NCBI GenBank assembly: GCA_041179725.1
Contig: JBEGSY010000047.1
Span: forward strand, 1 to 57,732
DNA: 57,732 nucleotides
Direction of reading: 5' to 3'
From: Actinomycetota bacterium
GTDB taxonomy: Bacteria > Actinomycetota > Actinomycetes > Actinomycetales > Microbacteriaceae
The first letter of the stretch is position 1. Each line of letters begins with the position of its first letter. A program made the translations under genes and the position numbers. The notes under the pieces were generated by a model. It had not been told where the DNA came from. It did no database searches and saw nothing but the letters and a program-made list of their open reading frames with translations. Positions 52,366-57,732 of this stretch are shown here, one piece after another.

Positions 52366-52401
52366 CAGAACCTCCTGTTACAGCCATTTTGTGGCACTCA
52401 A

Positions 52402-52429
52402 TAGAACCGAAAAACGTTGATTTTATTCC
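52402..52429 (-). promoter_or_regulatory. ECF sigma (SigH/SigE/SigR-like) promoter of rbpA
   Basis: Minus strand reads GGAAT-N17-GTTCTA, followed by a short leader with GGAGG. Confidence 0.65.
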
Positions 52430-52432
52430 GCG

Positions 52433-53221
52433 TTAATCGTTGGTAAATAAAGGTGTCATCAGGTCTGTGCGATCCGTGACAATCCCGTTTGCACCTATTT
52501 GCCGCAGTCTCGTGGCTTCGGCTGGGTCATTAATAGTCCAGTAAACCAATTCGACCCCGTGTCGTTTTACCGACTCTATGAACCTAGGGGAGTCAAAGCG
52601 AATTGGGCCGTAAGACACCGGAATTTGCAGAACATTCACAAGATTTAAGAGCTTCTCAGCGCCTAAACCCAAACGAATACGCAACCAAATCCTAAGAACT
52701 AAAGATCCCGATGGGGAAGTGGCAACCCCAGATATTGCTTTCAGTGCTTTCTTACGTCGTTTTTCACTGAAGCTAGTAATAAGACAGCGATCCCGTGCCG
52801 AGTGATTCGAAATCGTTGCCGCTAAGTCAGAGATCGCCGATGCATCCTTCACATCGATGTTAATCCTGCAATCTTGCGGCAAGTTACTCAGCAGTTCATC
52901 GAACGTGCTGATGGTGCCGCCGTGAAGCAGTCGAATTTGTTGCAATTGAGCGAGATTCAACTCAGACACTGCACCTCGGGAATTCGAAACTCTGTCAACT
53001 GTTTCGTCGTGAAAAACCACGGCTCGACCATCACGAGAAGATTGAACATCGAGTTCTATATACTCTGCTCCAGATTCGATTGCCTGGCGAAATGCCTGGA
53101 TTGTGTTCTCATCGAAAACTAATTTGCCATCTCGAAAACATAAACCTCGATGTGCAAAAATCTTGAACGATCGCGTCGAATGCAAGTATGCGTGTTGCTT
53201 CAACGGACCCGAAGATTTCAT
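52433..53221 (-). CDS. Glycerophosphodiester phosphodiesterase family protein
   Basis: AHRG, ENT, ELDV, VFHD, WTIND and GIVTD motifs. Confidence 0.9.
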   Translation of the reverse strand: MKSSGPLKQHAYLHSTRSFKIFAHRGLCFRDGKLVFDENTIQAFRQAIESGAEYIELDVQSSRDGRAVVFHDETVDRVSNSRGAVSELNLAQLQQIRLLHGGTISTFDELLSNLPQDCRINIDVKDASAISDLAATISNHSARDRCLITSFSEKRRKKALKAISGVATSPSGSLVLRIWLRIRLGLGAEKLLNLVNVLQIPVSYGPIRFDSPRFIESVKRHGVELVYWTINDPAEATRLRQIGANGIVTDRTDLMTPLFTND

Positions 53222-53226
53222 AGGTC

Positions 53227-53233
53227 TAGGCTA
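53227..53233. promoter_or_regulatory. Overlapping bidirectional -10 element (TAGGCT on +, TAGCCT on -)
   Basis: Each hexamer is 6 nt from its own ATG, within a 17-bp divergent gap. Confidence 0.7.
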
Positions 53234-53238
53234 GGGGA

Positions 53239-53826
53239 ATGCGTCAGATTTCTTTGAAGTCATTTGGTCGATTGATGCTTGGGCTGTTCATTTTTGGACT
53301 GGCACTGGCGATGATGATCAAAGCTCAGGTTGGAATCCCACCCTGGGATGTTCTAGGCCAAGGCATTTCGAAAACTTTCGGCATCACTTTTGGTCAAGCA
53401 ACAATTATCGTTTCTGCATTGGTGCTGTTGGCTTGGATACCACTCAAAGTGAAACCTGGGCTTGGATCCATCATGAACGCTATTTGCATCGGACTATTTG
53501 CAGATCTATGCATGGATTATTTACCCGAATTTGAGAATTATTGGGCAAACCTTGCATTATTCCTACTTGGAATTTGCACTGTAGCTTTTGCAACCGGCTT
53601 GTACATTAGTGCAAATCTTGGCAGCGGCCCTCGTGACGGGCTCATGATTGGCACTCACAAAGCCCTTGGCTGGCCGCTGTGGCTAGTTCGAACCGTTTAT
53701 GAAGGTTCTGTCTTGATCATTGGCTTCCTGTTGGGTGGTCAAGTTCGTGAGGGCACCCTGATTTTTGCCGTTAGCATCGGCTGGCTGATGCAGGCATCCA
53801 TGAAGTTCTTCAAGATTCAGAAATAA
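53239..53826 (+). CDS. YczE/YyaS-like membrane protein
   Basis: G-x-PPWDVL-x-QG, GSGPRDGLM and LLGG-x-V-x-EGT motifs; multi-TM. Confidence 0.82.
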   Translation: MRQISLKSFGRLMLGLFIFGLALAMMIKAQVGIPPWDVLGQGISKTFGITFGQATIIVSALVLLAWIPLKVKPGLGSIMNAICIGLFADLCMDYLPEFENYWANLALFLLGICTVAFATGLYISANLGSGPRDGLMIGTHKALGWPLWLVRTVYEGSVLIIGFLLGGQVREGTLIFAVSIGWLMQASMKFFKIQK

Positions 53827-53831
53827 CACAA

Positions 53832-54293
53832 ATGCAGCCTGGACAGCATCGCGAAACCGCTCGAGTCTTACTGTTAGACCAAGAAAGCCGGATTTTTCTA
53901 CTCAAGACGCACTTTGACCCCGAAGTTCAGCTACCGGCGCGTTGGATAACCCCGGGCGGCGGAATTGACCCTGGCGAAAGCCCAATTCAGGCGGCGATTC
54001 GCGAATTGCATGAAGAAACTGGCATTTTGGTAACTCCGGATGCTCTTGGTGAGCAAATCTGGCGTAGCGAGGGAATTTGGCACTGGGGTGACCAAATCAA
54101 TCACCATACCTTTGTGGATCATTTCTTTGAACTGCGAGTTTCAGAATTTAACTTGGACAAGCAACTTTGGACCGATGACGAGCATCGCGACGTTCTTGAA
54201 TATCGCTGGTGGAAGCTGAGTGAACTAATTGATTCTGGCGAATCGGTGGGACCATCCGATTTGGTGGAGTTCTTGAAGCACCACCTGGTTTAG
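53832..54293 (+). CDS. NUDIX hydrolase
   Basis: Nudix box GGGIDPGESPIQAAIRELHEETG. Confidence 0.9.
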   Translation: MQPGQHRETARVLLLDQESRIFLLKTHFDPEVQLPARWITPGGGIDPGESPIQAAIRELHEETGILVTPDALGEQIWRSEGIWHWGDQINHHTFVDHFFELRVSEFNLDKQLWTDDEHRDVLEYRWWKLSELIDSGESVGPSDLVEFLKHHLV

Positions 54294-54304
54294 GCTTTAG
54301 CCCT

Positions 54305-54332
54305 ATCGCCGATAATGTACATTATGTCAAGT
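54305..54332 (+). other. dif: dif site (XerC/XerD chromosome dimer resolution)
   Basis: ATCGCCGATAA-TGTACA-TTATGTCAAGT fits the 11-6-11 actinobacterial dif layout; intergenic between convergent genes. Confidence 0.9.
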
Positions 54333-54375
54333 AGTGAAAATAAAGCACCCAGAGTCACTTCCCTTTAATTGATGA

Positions 54376-55443
54376 TTAGTCCGCTTGGGTTGCTGAAATC
54401 CACTGCGACAATTTGTCAGCAGCAGCTGCAGAATCGATGGCGTTGAAACTCTCAGTCAAAGCCGAGGCAAAAACTTCATTCAGCTCAGATTGACTATTAA
54501 TTTGAGTTTTATCTAGCCCGTAGGCGACGATTCCCCCGGCAGCATTTAGCGCGACAACTTCGCGAATTGCAGCCAGGTTTCCAGATTGATCACCAGCAAA
54601 CAGCGAGCGCGTAACCTGTGCGTTGTAATGTGGGTCTCCGCCCAGCAATTGACTGATTTGCGCGTTTTCCAGGCCTAAATCGCCTGGATTCAGGGTAAAT
54701 TCACGGACCTCTCCCCCTTGAACCAGCCAAATTTCACTAATTCCAGTGGTGGTTAGCTCATCTAAACCGTCTGAACCCCTGAAAACTAGGGCATTTCGGC
54801 CTCGACTGGCCATTTCTGCAGCCATAAGCGGTGCAATTTGACGATTTGCCACTCCTAGCGAAGTCGCCTTCGGCTGAGCTGGATTGGCTAGCGGACCCAG
54901 GAAGTTAAAAGTAGTCGGCACCCCTAGCTGCTTACGAACCGGGGCCACGTAGCGCATAGCCGGGTGGAATACCGGCGCAAAAAAGAACGTGATGCCCACT
55001 TCTCGGAAAATGTCGGCTACTCGTTCAGGAGAGAGATCAAGGCGAATGCCTAGGACCTCAAGCATTTCAGACGAGCCGGTCTTTCCTGAAGCTGAGCGAC
55101 TGCCGTGCTTCATAACTGGAACTCCCGCGGCTGCCGCTACGATCGATGCCATTGACGAAATGTTGACTGTGCCGATTAGGTCCCCACCGGTACCAACGAT
55201 GTCTACCGCATCTGATCCGGTGTCTAGGATTACTGAGTGCTGCAACATGATGTCAACCAGTCCAGCCAACTCTTCAACGGTTTCACCCTTGCTTCTTAGT
55301 GCAAGCATGAAGGCGCCCATTTGGGCTTCGCTGGCCTCCCCAGCCATGATTTGGCTCATCGCCCAGCCTGCTTCAGCACGGTTTAGGTTGCCTTTTTCAA
55401 GCAATTTGCCGAGCAAAATAGGCCAGCTGTTTAGTTGAGTCAT
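54376..55443 (-). CDS. trpD: Anthranilate phosphoribosyltransferase
   Basis: DIVGTGGD, KHGSRSASGKTGS, TFNFLGPLANP and GLDE motifs; ATG 55443 lies 7 nt after TAAACT. Confidence 0.96.
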   Translation of the reverse strand: MTQLNSWPILLGKLLEKGNLNRAEAGWAMSQIMAGEASEAQMGAFMLALRSKGETVEELAGLVDIMLQHSVILDTGSDAVDIVGTGGDLIGTVNISSMASIVAAAAGVPVMKHGSRSASGKTGSSEMLEVLGIRLDLSPERVADIFREVGITFFFAPVFHPAMRYVAPVRKQLGVPTTFNFLGPLANPAQPKATSLGVANRQIAPLMAAEMASRGRNALVFRGSDGLDELTTTGISEIWLVQGGEVREFTLNPGDLGLENAQISQLLGGDPHYNAQVTRSLFAGDQSGNLAAIREVVALNAAGGIVAYGLDKTQINSQSELNEVFASALTESFNAIDSAAAADKLSQWISATQAD

Positions 55444-55526
55444 GCGAGCAAGTTTATTGGGAAAAAACCGCATGAAATAGGGAGAATTAGCCCATTTTGG
55501 CACATTGTCTGGGTTAGCATAAAAGT

Positions 55527-56144
55527 ATGTCAACAGCGACTTTTTCTTCGCCTGGAATCCACCGCCCAAGTGCCACATCTGTAGGCACTATCGTCTGGCT
55601 TGGCAGCGAGGTGATGTTCTTCGCCGCACTATTTGCAATGTATTTCAGTCTTCGTGCCAACTCCCCACAGATCTGGGAGCACGACACGGCAATCCTGAAC
55701 GTGCCATTCGCACTTACCAACACCTTGATTTTGGTGGCTTCGTCTTTCACCGCACAGTTCGGTGTTTTCGCAGCTGAACGCATGCAGCCACGCGCTACAG
55801 GTTGGTCACCAACCAAATGGGGCATGGTTGAGTGGTTCCTACTCTCCTACGTCATGGGTGCGATGTTCGTTTCAGGCCAGGCTTGGGAATACGCAAACCT
55901 CATCGAAGAGGGCGTCATGCTTAGCTCAAACTCGTATGGCAGTGCCTTTTACATCACCACCGGTTTCCACGCTTTGCACGTGACCGGCGGTTTGGTCGCA
56001 TTCCTTTTGGTTATCGGTAAAACTTTTGCCGCTAAGAAATTTGGCCACTACGAGGCCACCAGTGCGATTGTGGTTTCTTACTACTGGCACTTTGTGGACG
56101 TAGTTTGGATCGGTTTGTTCCTAATCATTTACGTATTGAAATAA
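55527..56144 (+). CDS. ctaE: Cytochrome c oxidase subunit III
   Basis: [17 protein letters not shown] and [10 protein letters not shown] motifs. Confidence 0.95.
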   Translation: MSTATFSSPGIHRPSATSVGTIVWLGSEVMFFAALFAMYFSLRANSPQIWEHDTAILNVPFALTNTLILVASSFTAQFGVFAAERMQPRATGWSPTKWGMVEWFLLSYVMGAMFVSGQAWEYANLIEEGVMLSSNSYGSAFYITTGFHALHVTGGLVAFLLVIGKTFAAKKFGHYEATSAIVVSYYWHFVDVVWIGLFLIIYVLK

Positions 56145-56147
56145 GAA

Positions 56148-56936
56148 GTGGCAATAATGAAAAATTCTCGTCGCAATCCATTCGCGGCAGTTGCTGTAAT
56201 CGCGATTGGCCTAGTGCTTTCAGGCGCTGGCTACGCAGCGGCATCAACTGCAGTCAACAACACTCAAAAAACTGAAGTGGCTTCTGCTGCACAGATTGAA
56301 GAGGGTAAGAAACTATTTCTTTCAAACTGCGCAAGTTGCCATGGCGTTAATGGTGTTGGTACAAAAGCAGCTCCGACCCTAATTGGCGTTGGTGCAGCTT
56401 CAGCAGAATTCCAAGTTGACTCGGGTCGTATGCCCGGTCAGGCAAGTGGCCCTCAGCTGCAGGTTAAGCCAGTTCAGTTCACTGCTGAGCAAATCGATGC
56501 GATTGCAGCGTATGTTGGATCGCTCGGCGCAGGTCCAGAAATTCCAAGTGAGGAAATGATCGCTGCAAATGGCGATGCGACTCGTGGTGGAGAACTGTTC
56601 CGTATCAACTGTGCTATGTGCCACAACGCAGTTGGTGCCGGTGGAGCTCTTACAGAAGGTAAGTATGCGCCAGCACTGCTAGGCGTGCCTGCCGACCACA
56701 TTTACGAAGCGATGTTGACTGGTCCACAAAACATGCCAGTATTCAACGACGCAAACCTAACCCCTAAAGACAAGAAAGACATCATCACCTACCTGAAGTA
56801 TGTGGAATCAAACCCATCTGCCGGTGGTTATGAACTTGCAGGACTCGGACCAGTAGCCGAGGGACTGTTCCTATGGATCATTGGCCTAGGCCTAATCATT
56901 GCGCTAACCATCTGGTTGGGCGCGAAGTCGAATTAG
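56148..56936 (+). CDS. qcrC: Cytochrome bc1 diheme cytochrome c subunit
   Basis: Two CxxCH motifs (CASCH, CAMCH), GRMP, GPQNMP and GPVAEGL. Confidence 0.95.
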   Translation: MAIMKNSRRNPFAAVAVIAIGLVLSGAGYAAASTAVNNTQKTEVASAAQIEEGKKLFLSNCASCHGVNGVGTKAAPTLIGVGAASAEFQVDSGRMPGQASGPQLQVKPVQFTAEQIDAIAAYVGSLGAGPEIPSEEMIAANGDATRGGELFRINCAMCHNAVGAGGALTEGKYAPALLGVPADHIYEAMLTGPQNMPVFNDANLTPKDKKDIITYLKYVESNPSAGGYELAGLGPVAEGLFLWIIGLGLIIALTIWLGAKSN

Positions 56937-56962
56937 TTTTTAGAAATTAGAGGAGCACGAAA

Positions 56963-57732
56963 GTGAGCAAAGAGCACCGCTACGAAAGTGGCCTAGCTGT
57001 TGTTGCAACCGACAAAGTTAAGGACCCGGGCCTCGAACCACATCGCGTTCGAATGACTGATAAGTCCCCCGCTAAAGAGCGTGTTGCAAGCCGACAGGTA
57101 GCTGCACTATTCATCACCTCAGCTATTGGAAGCGCATTCGCAATCTTTGCCTACTTCGCTTTCCCTATCACTGAGGACCTTGGCACCGTTCGTGCAAACA
57201 CTTGGTGGCTTGGCCTCGGCATTACTCTTGGTCTTTTCGGAATCGGTATCGGTGCAGTGCACTGGGCTAAAACTCTTATGCCAGACGCCGAAGTTTCGGA
57301 AGAGCGTCACCAGACTCGCGGCAGCGAAGAAGTTCGCGCACGTGCCGTAGAGATCATCAAGCTAGCCGACAAGGAATCTGGCTTCACTCGTCGTAAGTTG
57401 ATTCGTCGCACTCTTTACACTTCTCTTGCATTGTTCCCGCTTCCGGCAATATTCTTCTTCGGCGACTTGGGGCCAAACCCAGCTAACTCTCTTCGTCACA
57501 CAATGTGGAAGAAGGGTACTCGCCTAACTAAAGATCCATACGGCACACCTATCAAGGCTTCGGAAGTTACTCTTGGTTCCGTATTCCACGTAATCCCTGA
57601 AGGACTATCAGAGCTTCCAGAACACAAACTAGAAGAAAAAGCCAAGGCTGCTGTTCTACTTGTCCGTCTTGACCCTAAAGACCTAAAAGAAGACGCTGAC
57701 AAGAAGAGCTGGTCATACGACGGCATCGTCGC
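56963..57732 (+). CDS. qcrA: Cytochrome bc1 Rieske subunit, truncated at the window end (absent from the ORF track)
   Basis: GTG after GAGGAG. The frame is open to the window end: DPGLEPHRVRMTD, TM segments, VHWAKTLMPD, RRKLIRR, LRHTMW, ending YDGIV; follows qcrC. Confidence 0.92.
   Translation, partial: MSKEHRYESGLAVVATDKVKDPGLEPHRVRMTDKSPAKERVASRQVAALFITSAIGSAFAIFAYFAFPITEDLGTVRANTWWLGLGITLGLFGIGIGAVHWAKTLMPDAEVSEERHQTRGSEEVRARAVEIIKLADKESGFTRRKLIRRTLYTSLALFPLPAIFFFGDLGPNPANSLRHTMWKKGTRLTKDPYGTPIKASEVTLGSVFHVIPEGLSELPEHKLEEKAKAAVLLVRLDPKDLKEDADKKSWSYDGIV

Noticed and set aside
55506-55520. TGTCTG before the ctaE -10 as a PafBC box
   Set aside because: The spacer to TAGCAT is 3 nt, not 10, and ctaE is not a repair gene.
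55572-55580. GCCACATCT as a third copy of the gap/tkt leader motif
   Set aside because: Only 9 of 11 nt match and it lies inside the ctaE coding sequence; compatible with chance.

Overview
A core-chromosome segment from a streamlined actinobacterium of about 50% GC (judged by eye). Gene order and protein sequences point to Microbacteriaceae, most like the freshwater Luna-1 group (Rhodoluna/Aquiluna); this assignment is an inference. Left to right the window holds: sodA-gap-pgk-tpiA-secG plus an RbpA paralogue; a reverse-strand tkt-tal-pgi-zwf-opcA-pgl operon; ctaB and ctaA with a CPD photolyase; sufB-sufD-Rieske-sufC-sufT; bioY; an ABC-F ATPase; a SURF1 cluster; fabG, serB and glgC/glgA; rpmE2; a DEDDh exonuclease; metF/metH; a hydrolase, glycosyltransferase, phosphatase, sirtuin and amylosucrase; tRNA-Leu(GAG); uppP, PAC2, HAD, trmI, FKBP, pafB, pafC, tatA, tatC, helY, lnt, ppm1, rbpA; trpD; and ctaE-qcrC-qcrA (partial). 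I found no mobile element, prophage, CRISPR array or defence island, and no convincing new multi-gene system. The interesting signal is non-coding: (1) the chromosomal dif site at 54305-54332; (2) pervasive leaderless promoters, including one overlapping bidirectional -10 element and two mirror-image divergent promoter pairs; (3) a PafBC-type promoter on the exonuclease, at a locus that keeps pafBC but lacks the Pup-proteasome genes; (4) matching ECF-sigma promoters on sufB and rbpA; (5) an identical 11-mer at nearly the same distance upstream of the gap and tkt operons; (6) a candidate structured sufB leader; (7) a probable CTG start for uppP. tatA and qcrA were missing from the ORF track.
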